A stretch of 64,000 nucleotides of DNA from positions 32,001 through 96,000 of the forward strand of contig CAWJQU010000017.1 in NCBI GenBank assembly GCA_963845145.1. The letters run 5' to 3'. Position numbers and translations under genes: made by a program. Shown here in pieces: positions 53,547 through 62,966 of this stretch (positions are counted from its first letter, which is position 1; the number at the start of each line of letters is the position of its first letter). The notes under the pieces were generated by a model, which worked only from the letters and a program-made list of their open reading frames with translations, was not told the origin of the DNA and ran no database searches. This stretch comes from an uncultured delta proteobacterium (GTDB lineage Bacteria > Desulfobacterota > Desulfobacteria > Desulfobacterales > QNYZ01).

Positions 53547-54663
53547 ACTGGTTGCAGAAGACGGCGTCGTCTAAGTTCTCGGTGCCGCAATGCGGGCACT
53601 TCTTTTCCTTGGACTTTTCTATCACCTGGTGGCCGCACCGCGAGCAGAACTTTGCGTGGGGCGCGAGGTTTTTACTGCAGCTTTCGCATTGCTGAAAAAC
53701 AAGGAGTTGGTGACCGCAATGGGGGCAGAATTTGGAATCAACAGCAATATCCTGATGACACTCCGGACAGGCCGGCGTCGGCGAACCGGCAACAGGTGTT
53801 GCGGACGGCGCACCTTGTTTGGTAAAATATTGGGAAAACATGGCCGGCATCATTAAGCCCAACCCGGTACCCATACCCGCTGCCGCACCACCTTCTCCAT
53901 CGGATGCTTTTTCAATGGCCATTGCTGCTTTCATCTGGGTGAGTTTATCCAGATCCTGGAAGACTTCCATACGGCTTCTATCATCGATGGCCGACTGGAC
54001 TTCCGGTGGTGGGGTAATGGCATTAATATAAATATTTTGTAAAGCCAGGCCAAAATGACCAAAATCTTTTGCAAGTCTTTCGGAAAGGCGATTGGAGAAC
54101 TCCTCGTATTTGGCAGGTAGATTGAAGATGGTATCAATCGTTTCACCCATAAAATCGTTGAAGCGGGATACGATGACACGATTTAAATACTCCTCGATGG
54201 ATTCGGTTGTGAAGATACCCTGGGTCCCTACCAGGCTGTTGATAAACAGCACGGGTTGAACCACCTGAAAATTAAATATGCCGAAGGCACGCAGGCGGAT
54301 GAGCCCCAACTCACTATCCCTGAACGCCACCGGATCCCGGGTCCCCCATTTGAGATTGGTGAAAATTTTCATGTTCACCATATAGACTTCCGCCCTCAAA
54401 GGGCTGGTCATTCCCCAAGGTAAGGAGACGATCTTGGTTAATATCGGAATATTGGCCGTTTTCAGCGTATGACGGCCTGGGCCAAAAGCCTCTACCGCCT
54501 TACCTTTGTAGAAAAAAACGCCGGCCTGGCTTTCACGAACCGTCAGTTGGGCGCCCCATTTGATTTCGCCGGAGCCCTGTTCGGGGATACGATGGACGAG
54601 TTCCTTGCCGGTATCATCGAACCATTCGATAACTTCCAGAAAAACGAGATTGTTGGTTCCCAT
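53530..54663 (-). CDS. SPFH-domain protein (YdjI-like) with C-terminal zinc ribbons
   Basis: QLTVRESQ, FGPGRHTL.T.NIP, KWGT, RAFG; six CxxC motifs at the C-terminus. Confidence 0.85.
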   Translation of the reverse strand: MGTNNLVFLEVIEWFDDTGKELVHRIPEQGSGEIKWGAQLTVRESQAGVFFYKGKAVEAFGPGRHTLKTANIPILTKIVSLPWGMTSPLRAEVYMVNMKIFTNLKWGTRDPVAFRDSELGLIRLRAFGIFNFQVVQPVLFINSLVGTQGIFTTESIEEYLNRVIVSRFNDFMGETIDTIFNLPAKYEEFSNRLSERLAKDFGHFGLALQNIYINAITPPPEVQSAIDDRSRMEVFQDLDKLTQMKAAMAIEKASDGEGGAAAGMGTGLGLMMPAMFSQYFTKQGAPSATPVAGSPTPACPECHQDIAVDSKFCPHCGHQLLVFQQCESCSKNLAPHAKFCSRCGHQVIEKSKEKKCPHCGTENLDDAVFCNQCGEKY

Positions 54664-54728
54664 GGATGGTTCCTTTCTTTTTGAAATATTAGTCAGTCAC
54701 AGAAAAAAAGGGGCGCCCGCGCTTTACA

Positions 54729-54774
54729 CCCTGTCGATTTCGGCCCTATCGATTTCGGCCCCTATCGATTTCGG
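54729..54774. repeat. Three tandem ~15-bp repeats
   Basis: CCCTGTCGATTTCGG / CCCTATCGATTTCGG / CCCCTATCGATTTCGG. Confidence 0.85.
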
Positions 54775-55270
54775 TGTGGCACCCCATCTGGGTAATCTCC
54801 GCGATAATGGCGTTTTTTACCCTTTCAACTTTTTCCGGGTCTATGACGGGAATATTCGCAGCCAGGTTTTCAATGGTGTCTGCTTCTATGTCAGTGGTTT
54901 TATTAATCATGAAATCGTCGACTTCACCGCCTTCCAGCAGACCACCGCAAGCACCGAAGGCGCCGATAAACGCATTGTCAAAAAATATGGGTACGACCAT
55001 TTTCATCAGTCCGGCATCACACTCCTCAATCACCGGGCGACCCGTATTTTTGGCGATGGTGGCCAAATTCATGTGGGCCACAGCACAAATGAAACTTTGG
55101 CCGCGGTCCGTATCCTTTATGGCTGGACATAGCCGGTTGGCCCATTGTTTAAAGTTTGAAATCCGCCGACCGTTCGTGTCGAAAACATTGGCATCGAGCC
55201 CGGATTGATCGACGATTTTACGCTCGATCGCCACCCACTCTTTCAAAGGTTTAATATCGGTTAATTTCAT
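54746..55270 (-). CDS. Stand-alone PocR ligand-binding domain protein
   Basis: LCPAIK...ICA..H...ECDAGL...VVPI conserved Cys pattern; no output domain. Confidence 0.75.
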   Translation of the reverse strand: MKLTDIKPLKEWVAIERKIVDQSGLDANVFDTNGRRISNFKQWANRLCPAIKDTDRGQSFICAVAHMNLATIAKNTGRPVIEECDAGLMKMVVPIFFDNAFIGAFGACGGLLEGGEVDDFMINKTTDIEADTIENLAANIPVIDPEKVERVKNAIIAEITQMGCHTEIDRGRNR

Positions 55271-55515
55271 TGGTTCGTCCTCATTGACCTTTATTGAATA
55301 GATTAGCAATTTTAATGCCATCTATAGTTTATTTAAACAATTGGGCCGATATAATGTCACTCTACTCTATACCATAAATAGTCCCACAAACAAACGCGAT
55401 GTAAGGTTTTGATTGACATCGGTTTCAGCGCTTCGGTATTCTCCCGCTTTGTGGTGTTTATGGTTGATAAACGGATTCATATTACAAGGTTAAATTACAA
55501 TTACATCTAAAAGGA

Positions 55516-56103
55516 GTGGATTCAATGAGTGCTTTCATCCCTTCGCGGGCACAGGCGTACGAACTACTTTTACAATACAATCAAAACGACGGACTGATTA
55601 AGCACGCTCTGGCCGTGGAAGGGGTGATGCGATATATGGCCCGAAAATACGATGAGGACGAGGAGAAATGGGGTATCATCGGGCTGGTGCACGATCTCGA
55701 TTACGAAAAATTTCCGGACCAGCATTGTCAGAAAACCGAAGAAATTTTAAAAGAAAATAACTGGCCGGCGGACTATATTCGTGCCGTTGTCAGCCATGGA
55801 TGGGGCATTTGCAGCGATGTAAAGCCGGAATCGACTCTTGAAAAAGTCCTTTTTGCCATCGATGAATTAACCGGGTTGGTTACGGCGGCAGCGCTGGTGC
55901 GTCCCTCAAAAAGTGTTCTGGATATGAAAGCCAAATCGGTAAAGAAGAAATGGAAAAACAAGCGTTTCGCAGCGGGTGTGGATCGATCCATTATCGAAAC
56001 CGGGGCCGGCATGCTGGAGATTGAAATTAGTGCGTTGATCACCGACACCATCATGGGCATGCGGGAAGTAGCGGAACCCATCGGGTTGGTCGGTGAGGGA
56101 TGA
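55516..56103 (+). CDS. HDIG/HD-domain metal-dependent hydrolase
   Basis: KHALAVE, GLVHDLDYE, SH, AIDELTG, RPSK, FAAGVDR. Confidence 0.85.
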   Translation: MDSMSAFIPSRAQAYELLLQYNQNDGLIKHALAVEGVMRYMARKYDEDEEKWGIIGLVHDLDYEKFPDQHCQKTEEILKENNWPADYIRAVVSHGWGICSDVKPESTLEKVLFAIDELTGLVTAAALVRPSKSVLDMKAKSVKKKWKNKRFAAGVDRSIIETGAGMLEIEISALITDTIMGMREVAEPIGLVGEG

Positions 56104-56145
56104 CCAAATTATGTCGGATCTCATTTACAAAAGGGCGGCCTGGCT

Positions 56146-56751
56146 TTAATTCTCACCAACCGGAGCCTTCAGCGAATATCCTTTTTTCGCCAGCGACATG
56201 GCCACATCCAGATAATCACTCACTTTTGCCGAGGTGGTGCTGATCAGGTGCTGGAGTATTTCGAGCGCCGGTTTGTAGTTTTCCGCATCGACCAGCTTCC
56301 GCGCCATGACAACCATTTTCACCACCACGGTCTGAACATTTTTGGTCAATTCCGGATGTTCGGCCATCGTATTGGCCAGAAAACCCAGCCATGTCGATAG
56401 TTTTCCCAGGTCGGACAGTTGATCGGCGCCCTCTATCACGGCATCCGTTAAAATATCAAACGCCTCTTTTTTGGTCTCTTTCGGGGCAAGCTGGTAGGCG
56501 GTTTTAATCGACTTGACGGCTTCCAGCCATTGTTGCTGGTTTATATAAGCCTTGCCAAGATACAGATGTGCCTGACTAAAATTCGGGTTCAGTTCGACGG
56601 CTGTTTTAAACTGTTCCGAGGACTCGGCATACTTCTTTTGGTTGAACAGCGCCATCCCAGAGTCAAATGCGTCCTGGGCGCTGTTTTGAGCCTGAATTCC
56701 CGCACATCCCACGATTGTGAACAAAATAAAGATCCCTAAAATCCGTTTCAT
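56146..56751 (-). CDS. TPR-repeat lipoprotein
   Basis: Lipobox IVGC; TPR-like AVELNPNFSQAHLYLGKAY. Confidence 0.75.
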   Translation of the reverse strand: MKRILGIFILFTIVGCAGIQAQNSAQDAFDSGMALFNQKKYAESSEQFKTAVELNPNFSQAHLYLGKAYINQQQWLEAVKSIKTAYQLAPKETKKEAFDILTDAVIEGADQLSDLGKLSTWLGFLANTMAEHPELTKNVQTVVVKMVVMARKLVDAENYKPALEILQHLISTTSAKVSDYLDVAMSLAKKGYSLKAPVGEN

Positions 56752-56879
56752 CCCTACTCCTCAATTGTCATTTAGATTGTCGTATATTCTACCTCTTTGG
56801 GCATCAGAATCGCAAGGCAATTTTTTTTCTACGCTTGAGCGCCTGTAGATATGGAATCGTTTGGATGGCTATATTTTGG

Positions 56880-57200
56880 CTAAAATGTGCCGTTTAGTTC
56901 CATTGATTTTCTCAATTTGGAAGCAATTTTCAACATTTCGGATGCCACTTTTGAAGCCGTGGCAGGGGAAATAGCACCGGCAAGCCCCACCGCCCACATG
57001 GCCAACGGTAGCCCGCCCCGATTTCCCAGGTTGACAGCGACGGCATGGACGCCAGAAAGGTACTCACCTTGGTCCAAGGCGTAATGTTGTTTACGAACAT
57101 GGCTCAATTCAGCCAGATATTCGATTTCATCAACAATGGATGCCGATGTGTACCGTTTGAGCCCGCAGTCTGTGATTATTTGGGGTACATTCCCAGCAGA
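56880..57200 (-). pseudogene. IclR-family regulator C-terminal remnant
   Basis: GLKRYTSASI...ELSHVRKQHYALDQGEYLSGVHAVA is the IclR effector-domain signature; no HTH, and no start codon upstream of the signature before an in-frame stop. Confidence 0.75.
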
Positions 57201-57202
57201 AT

Positions 57203-59482
57203 CTATTCGGGCCCAAAACAGCCGGAATCAATACTCGTCGCTAACACACTTTCAAGATTGGCTGGGAGCGTATATATTCGCTTCCCAAATGCATTCGCCA
57301 AACCATTCAGAATTGCCGGTGCCGTGGGAATCAATGCGGGTTCGCCAACACCCTTGGCCCCAAAGGGTCCGGATGGTTCCGGGGATTCAATGATGATCGG
57401 AATCACTTCGGGCATATCGGCACAAGTGGGGACGTGGTAGTCTTTCATGGACAGGGTTTTACCCAGTTCAAACTCCTCCATGAGGGCAAACCCCACGCCC
57501 ATGGCGACGCCGCCGCAAATTTGACCGATGACGTTTTCCGGATGGATTGCTTTTCCCACATCATGGGCGGCGACAATTTTTTCCACAAAGACCTCTCCGG
57601 TAAGCACATCCGCAACCACCAGCGATAGCTGACAGGCAAAGGCGTAGGTCGTATACGGAACGCCCTGGCCTTTTTCCGGATCAGGAGGAATGGTTTCAGG
57701 ATCAAAACGGCCCCGAAATATGAGGGGTTCGCCTTTGGTCTGGATTTGTTTTCCCAGGTCGCTAAAAGATACCTGCCGATCAGAACTCGTCAATGCTTTC
57801 ACATACCCAGAATCGAGCATCAGTGAAGACAAAGGCATACCCAGCTGGTTGACCGCTTCGGCCTTCAGTGCATCGGCCAGTTTTTCTGCCGCTGCTTTGA
57901 CTGCGTTGCCGGAAATATAAGTCTGCCGGCTGGCCGATGTGGCGCCGGCATTGGAGGTTAGACCCGTGTCGCCAGCGACTATTTTGAGGGTATCAGGGTC
58001 GATACTCAGAGTCTCAGCGGCGATCTGGGACAGCACGGTTGAAGATCCCTGGCCGATGTCCGCACAACCGGTGAATAGTGTCACGCTTCCATCCGGATCC
58101 ATCTCAATTCTTGCAGTCGAAGGGTTTTTAGTCCCGGTATTGCCGATACCATACCACATGGCCCCGATTCCGATGCCCCTTCGTTTAAACGGCTCCGTTT
58201 TTACCTTCACCCAGTTGTTTTTGGCCTCGTCATAATAGGGCAAAATGGCCTTCAAACAGTCACCAATTCCCACACTAGCGGAAAGTGTTTGTCCTGTAGC
58301 GGTTTCGGACCCGGTCTGAAACGCATTGCGCAGCCTGATCTCCAGGGGATCGATGTCAAGATCCTCTGCGTGCAGATCCATCTGGCTCTCATGGGCAAAG
58401 GCGATCTGGGGCGTGCCAAATCCCCTCATGGCGCCGCAAAAGGGTTTGTTGGTATAAACGCAGTGACTCTTGATGTCGACATTTTCAATTTCATAGGGAC
58501 CGGTGGCATGTACGGCAACCCGGGACACTACTGCAATGCCATACGAGCCATACGCGCCCGTGTCGCAGATAACGGTCGCTTTTAGGGCTTGCAACCGGCC
58601 TCTGGCATCGGTACCGGTTTTCATTGTGATGGTCAACGGATGCCTCTTGGCTGTAGCAATGTATGCCTCTTCCCGGCTGTAAACACAGCGTACCGGCCGT
58701 TTCAGGTGATAGAGGGCCAAGCCGATAAACCCCTGTACGTTCAGATCCAGTTTGGAACCAAATCCCCCGCCGGTGGCGGCCTGGATGATTCGTACGTCAT
58801 CATTCTCAACACCCAGAAGCGACACCACCTCTTTGTGATCGTAGTGGGGGTTTTGGGTGGATGCATAGATCACCAGCGTTCCGTCCTCGTCCACGAATCC
58901 GGCTCCGGCATCAGGCTCTAAGTAGTTGTGCTCGATCGTCGAAGTCTGGTAGTTCTTTTCGATGACACTGGTGCAGTGTTCAAAGGCTGTATCCGGGTCT
59001 CCTTTGCGCACGTTACGGGTCAACAACAAATTTCCCCTGGTGTGAATGCGTGGGGCTTTTTCTTCCATGGCTTCCCGGGGATCAAACACGGCGGGCAGAT
59101 CTCGATATGCCACCTCAATCGCAGCCAATGCCATATGGGCCGCATCTTCGGTTTCGGCTGCCACCAAGGCAACCGGATCAGAAATGGATCGTACTTTATC
59201 GGGTACCAAAAGCGGTTGGTCCCTGTTGATAATTCCCATTAAGTTTTTTCCTGGGATATCAGCCGCGGTAAATACCCGCACGACACCTTCAATTTCCTGC
59301 GCTTTTTCTATATTTATGGATACGATTTCAGCATGATCCCTGTTACTTCGAAGCACTTTTAGTACCAGCGGATGGTCCAGTTCAATATCCGCACTGAACT
59401 GTGCTTTGCCGGTAAGCCGCGAAACAGCCCCTATTCGTCTAATATTTTTCCCGATGGCTCGGTAGTTGTTTTTCATTTTCAC
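57203..59482 (-). CDS. Xanthine-oxidase-family molybdopterin subunit; candidate nicotinate dehydrogenase NdhL+NdhM fusion
   Basis: TGGGFGSK, GAMRGFG, GAKGVGE; segment RGIGIGAMWYGIGNTG.KNP...ADIGQGS...GATSASRQT resembles the N-terminus of Eubacterium barkeri NdhM (recalled, not aligned). Confidence 0.85.
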   Translation of the reverse strand: MKMKNNYRAIGKNIRRIGAVSRLTGKAQFSADIELDHPLVLKVLRSNRDHAEIVSINIEKAQEIEGVVRVFTAADIPGKNLMGIINRDQPLLVPDKVRSISDPVALVAAETEDAAHMALAAIEVAYRDLPAVFDPREAMEEKAPRIHTRGNLLLTRNVRKGDPDTAFEHCTSVIEKNYQTSTIEHNYLEPDAGAGFVDEDGTLVIYASTQNPHYDHKEVVSLLGVENDDVRIIQAATGGGFGSKLDLNVQGFIGLALYHLKRPVRCVYSREEAYIATAKRHPLTITMKTGTDARGRLQALKATVICDTGAYGSYGIAVVSRVAVHATGPYEIENVDIKSHCVYTNKPFCGAMRGFGTPQIAFAHESQMDLHAEDLDIDPLEIRLRNAFQTGSETATGQTLSASVGIGDCLKAILPYYDEAKNNWVKVKTEPFKRRGIGIGAMWYGIGNTGTKNPSTARIEMDPDGSVTLFTGCADIGQGSSTVLSQIAAETLSIDPDTLKIVAGDTGLTSNAGATSASRQTYISGNAVKAAAEKLADALKAEAVNQLGMPLSSLMLDSGYVKALTSSDRQVSFSDLGKQIQTKGEPLIFRGRFDPETIPPDPEKGQGVPYTTYAFACQLSLVVADVLTGEVFVEKIVAAHDVGKAIHPENVIGQICGGVAMGVGFALMEEFELGKTLSMKDYHVPTCADMPEVIPIIIESPEPSGPFGAKGVGEPALIPTAPAILNGLANAFGKRIYTLPANLESVLATSIDSGCFGPE

Positions 59483-60330
59483 ACCAATGGATATAGAATT
59501 CTGCAGAAAAGTCCCTGGATGGCGGGCTCTTTATACACCGCCGATGCTCTTCTTCCGGTGACCGCGAACATCTTTTCGGTTAACAGGCGCCCAGCCTCCC
59601 AAATTAATGTTTCGGTGGGTTTTTTGTCCATAAAAAACGCTTCCACCTCATCCATGCGTTGGGGGGTTGGCGTACATGAGCCCAGTGAAAATCTAAAAAA
59701 GGTAATCTTACCCTGGGAATCTTTGCGTGCCATGGCGGCCATACTAATCCTGGCAATGGCCAGCGCCCTTCTTCGCCCAATTTTTTGAAAGTCGGCAAAA
59801 TCGATCTTTTCTACCGGCTTAAGGAGAAACCCCAGGAGAATTTCATCCGACGGTAGGGCACAGGCATAGGGCCCTGAGGCGACAGCTTCAATGGGTAGCT
59901 CGCGTTGACCGGATCTATTTACCAAAACCGCCCGGGCCTCGTGAATGACCAGAGGCGGGATCGTATCACCACATGGAGAGCAATGGGCCACATTGCCACC
60001 GATGGTCGCCACATTACGGATTTGTTTGCTGGCAAATGAAACCGCGCATTTTTTAAGGGCGGGGGCATGACGGCTCAGAATTTGAGAGTCGTTTATTTCC
60101 GACAGGGTCACACCGGCACCCACCCAAAGGTCCTCATTTTTAATCTCGATACCTTTAAGGGCGTTCAAGCGGCTGACATCCAGGAGATATTTTTTGTTAA
60201 GCTGGCCGGATTTCAGGTCCACCACCACATCCGTTCCACCTGCCACGATTTTCGTCGTTTCCCTGTGTTTTTCCAGGAAATGGAGGGCCTCATCCAATGA
60301 GTCCGGCCGGATATATTCAATGTTGAACAT
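59479..60330 (-). CDS. Xanthine-oxidase-family FAD-binding subunit (NdhF-like)
   Basis: AGGTD, QIRNVATIGGN, KIGRRRALAI. Confidence 0.88.
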   Translation of the reverse strand: MFNIEYIRPDSLDEALHFLEKHRETTKIVAGGTDVVVDLKSGQLNKKYLLDVSRLNALKGIEIKNEDLWVGAGVTLSEINDSQILSRHAPALKKCAVSFASKQIRNVATIGGNVAHCSPCGDTIPPLVIHEARAVLVNRSGQRELPIEAVASGPYACALPSDEILLGFLLKPVEKIDFADFQKIGRRRALAIARISMAAMARKDSQGKITFFRFSLGSCTPTPQRMDEVEAFFMDKKPTETLIWEAGRLLTEKMFAVTGRRASAVYKEPAIQGLFCRILYPLV

Positions 60331-60827
60331 CACTCAATTCCTTTGGCCCCGGTGGATCCAGGCTTGGCAGCATCTTCAATGGCGGAAAATATCTGCTGAT
60401 AACCGGTGCACCGGCACAGGTTACCGGCGACGGCCCGGACGATCTCTCCCCGGTCCGGTTCAGGGTTTTCCCCAAGCAGCGCTTTGGTGCTCATTAACAG
60501 CCCAGGCGTACAGAATCCGCACTGGACGGCATGGTTTTCCAGAAAAGCCTCCTGGATCGGGTGCAGGGTCCCCGCCTCTTCAAGCCCCTCTACCGTCCAG
60601 GCCTCCCTTCCGTCCAGCTGGGCCGCCAGCATCAGGCAGGCGTTGACCGCCTTTCCATCTACTTCAATGGTGCAAGCCCCACACTCACCAATACCGCAGC
60701 CTTCCTTAGTGCCTTTCAATTTCAGAATATCCCGAAAAAGCGCAAGCGCCGTTATGCCGGCGGGTATTTGAAGCGTCTGGGGGTAACCATTGAGGGTAAA
60801 ACTTATAGAATACTTTTCAGATTTCAT
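60330..60827 (-). CDS. Xanthine-oxidase-family 2x[2Fe-2S] subunit (NdhS-like)
   Basis: GCGIGECGACT, QCGFCTPG, GNLCRCTGY. Confidence 0.92.
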   Translation of the reverse strand: MKSEKYSISFTLNGYPQTLQIPAGITALALFRDILKLKGTKEGCGIGECGACTIEVDGKAVNACLMLAAQLDGREAWTVEGLEEAGTLHPIQEAFLENHAVQCGFCTPGLLMSTKALLGENPEPDRGEIVRAVAGNLCRCTGYQQIFSAIEDAAKPGSTGAKGIE

Positions 60828-60948
60828 CTTTTTAGATTCCGCATAGATTCCGCCTGTTCAATAAACCAATTAATCAGCCAACCGTAAGAAGGCTCAAGGT
60901 CCAGAGAACCAAATTTTTTTTCATAGCTGAATTACGTTCACTATTCGA

Positions 60949-60986
60949 TTGACAAGAATACTCAAATTGTCTATTGTCGTCAATAG
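60949..60986 (+). promoter_or_regulatory. Putative sigma70 promoter overlapped by a palindromic operator
   Basis: TTGACA-17 nt-TATTGT; palindrome CTATTG-TCGT-CAATAG at 60971-60986. Confidence 0.55.
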
Positions 60987-61140
60987 TTAATTAATATCTG
61001 CAACTAAAACGCTCCCTTGTTTAACTGTCCACATTTGCATCCTTACCAGTCTGGAAAACTTAGGACTGTTCCGATGCCATTAAGAACAGGGGAGGCCGAC
61101 CGATTGATTCACCGAATTTTATAAGAAAAGGAGGTTAGCG

Positions 61141-62301
61141 ATGACCACTTGGCTGATTCAAAATGTGGGTTTGATGCTCTCCGGCGATGTCCAACAACCC
61201 ATCCTCAAAGCAGACAGCCTGTTGGTCGATGAAGGCAAGATCACTGAAATCGGATACTCTCTCACGGCCCCCGATGGTGCCAAGATAATCGATGCCGGTG
61301 GTGGCGCTATATGCCCAGGGCTGATAGACTCTCATTGCCATGTGGTTTTAGGTGATTACAGCCCCCGGCAGCAGATGAATAATTTCCTTGACTCCATGCT
61401 CCACGGCGGTGTGACCACAGCTATCTCCGCCGGGGAAGTTCACCTGGCAGGTCGCCCCAAAGATGCGGTGGGCGCGAAGGTCCTGGCGATTCTGGCCGCT
61501 AAATCCTGGGCCAACTTCCGGCCCGGGGGGATGAAAGTCATCGGTGGCGCCGTGATACTTGAAAAAGGCCTGACCGAAGCCGATTTCGATGAAATGGCGG
61601 CCCAGGGCGTCCAGGTGGTTGGCGAGATCGGATTGGGATCGGTAAAGGATCCGGACGAAGCCGCCATGATGTGTCGCTGGGCCAAAGACCGAAACATGGT
61701 GGTGATGATGCACTCCGGGGGCACTTCGATTCCCGGTTCATCGGTTGTGGGTGCCGATGCCATCTTGACCGTTAAGCCTAGTGTCGTTTCACATATAAAT
61801 GGTGGCCCTACTGCCATGGGCTTCGAAGAAGCAAAGCAAGTGGTGGCGCAAACCGATGCGGCCATCGAGATCGTGCAATGCGGTAACGTGAAGCGGGCCG
61901 TTGAAGTGACCGAGCTTATGAAGGCCCGTGATGAGACTCATCGCCTGGTGCTGGGAAATGATGCCCCATCGGGTACCGGAGTGGTTACCCTGGGCATACT
62001 GAGAAACATCTCCTGGCTGGCATCTTTAGGCAATCTGGATCCAGCGATAGCGGTCTGTGCGGCTACCGGTAACACCGCCCGCTACTACGGGCTTAACCGT
62101 GGTCGGATCGCAGAAGGATTAGAGGCCGACATCGTCTTTCTGGACACGCCCATGGGTTCGGCCGGAACGGATCTACTCTCATCATTGGTAGAAGGCGATA
62201 CGCCCGGCATCTCAATGGTCATGGTGGACGGTGCGGTCGTTGTGGCCAAAAGCCGTAACACGCCTCCACCGGTTAGAGCAGCAAATGTAGTTTCGTCATA
62301 A
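61141..62301 (+). CDS. ena: Enamidase (amidohydrolase superfamily)
   Basis: PGLIDSHCH, GDYSPRQ, LHGGVTT, GRPKD, GGAVILEKGLTE, GGTSIPGSS, SHINGGPTA, GNDAPSGTG and KSRNTPP match E. barkeri enamidase motifs as recalled. Confidence 0.85.
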   Translation: MTTWLIQNVGLMLSGDVQQPILKADSLLVDEGKITEIGYSLTAPDGAKIIDAGGGAICPGLIDSHCHVVLGDYSPRQQMNNFLDSMLHGGVTTAISAGEVHLAGRPKDAVGAKVLAILAAKSWANFRPGGMKVIGGAVILEKGLTEADFDEMAAQGVQVVGEIGLGSVKDPDEAAMMCRWAKDRNMVVMMHSGGTSIPGSSVVGADAILTVKPSVVSHINGGPTAMGFEEAKQVVAQTDAAIEIVQCGNVKRAVEVTELMKARDETHRLVLGNDAPSGTGVVTLGILRNISWLASLGNLDPAIAVCAATGNTARYYGLNRGRIAEGLEADIVFLDTPMGSAGTDLLSSLVEGDTPGISMVMVDGAVVVAKSRNTPPPVRAANVVSS

Positions 62302-62350
62302 AAGGACTCTATCTGCCTAGAGTAGTCTTAAATATTTAAGGAGCCGACCG

Positions 62351-62929
62351 ATGAAGATACGAAAAATAGTCACCGTTGTAGAGGAAACGGTCCGGGAGAT
62401 GGACCGAGAAGTCACCCCGCCAAGCCGTAAAGCTGCAGCCATGGCCGTTATCACTAATCCTTTTTCCGGCCGCTATGTGGAAGATTTGACCGAGCTGATG
62501 GATACGGGCGCCGAACTGGGTAGCATGCTAGGAAAAAAATGTCTTGACGCACTCGGTATCGGCCCTGAAAAAGCCGAAAGTTATGCCAAAGCCTGTGTGG
62601 TTGGTCTCGATGGTGAGCTGGAGCACGCCGCAGCGATTATGCATCCAAAGCTGGGTAAGCCTTTTCGGGATGCCCTGGGCAGGGGGTTGGCCCTGATCCC
62701 TTCAGTCAAAAAACGTGGGCCGGCCGGATGCACCGTGGATGTTCCCATTAACCATAAGGATGCGGCCTTTGTCCGATCCCACTTTGACGGGATGACCGTT
62801 TCAGTGGAAGATGCGCCCCGGTCCGATGAACTGTTAGTTGTTCTGGTTGTAACCGATTCCGGGCGTCCGCTGGCACGGGTCGGTGGGTTGGTCCAAGAAG
62901 ATGCAAAATTTGAAGATGGTCTTCGATAA
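62351..62929 (+). CDS. Amino acid synthesis family protein (AA_synth/DUF1185-like)
   Basis: IRKIV..VEE, NPFSGRYVEDL, GELEHAAA, HKDAAFVRSHFD, GRPLAR. Confidence 0.82.
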   Translation: MKIRKIVTVVEETVREMDREVTPPSRKAAAMAVITNPFSGRYVEDLTELMDTGAELGSMLGKKCLDALGIGPEKAESYAKACVVGLDGELEHAAAIMHPKLGKPFRDALGRGLALIPSVKKRGPAGCTVDVPINHKDAAFVRSHFDGMTVSVEDAPRSDELLVVLVVTDSGRPLARVGGLVQEDAKFEDGLR

Positions 62930-62966
62930 AAAAATATCGTAGTTATTTAATCATTTGGAGGAAAAA

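Noticed and set aside
54729..54774. Possible CRISPR array
   Set aside because: The repeats are contiguous, only about 15 bp, lack spacers, and there are no cas genes.
57203..60827. Selenocysteine recoding in the Mo-hydroxylase subunits
   Set aside because: The three frames are complete without internal TGA. The selenium in E. barkeri nicotinate dehydrogenase is a cofactor ligand and cannot be seen in sequence.
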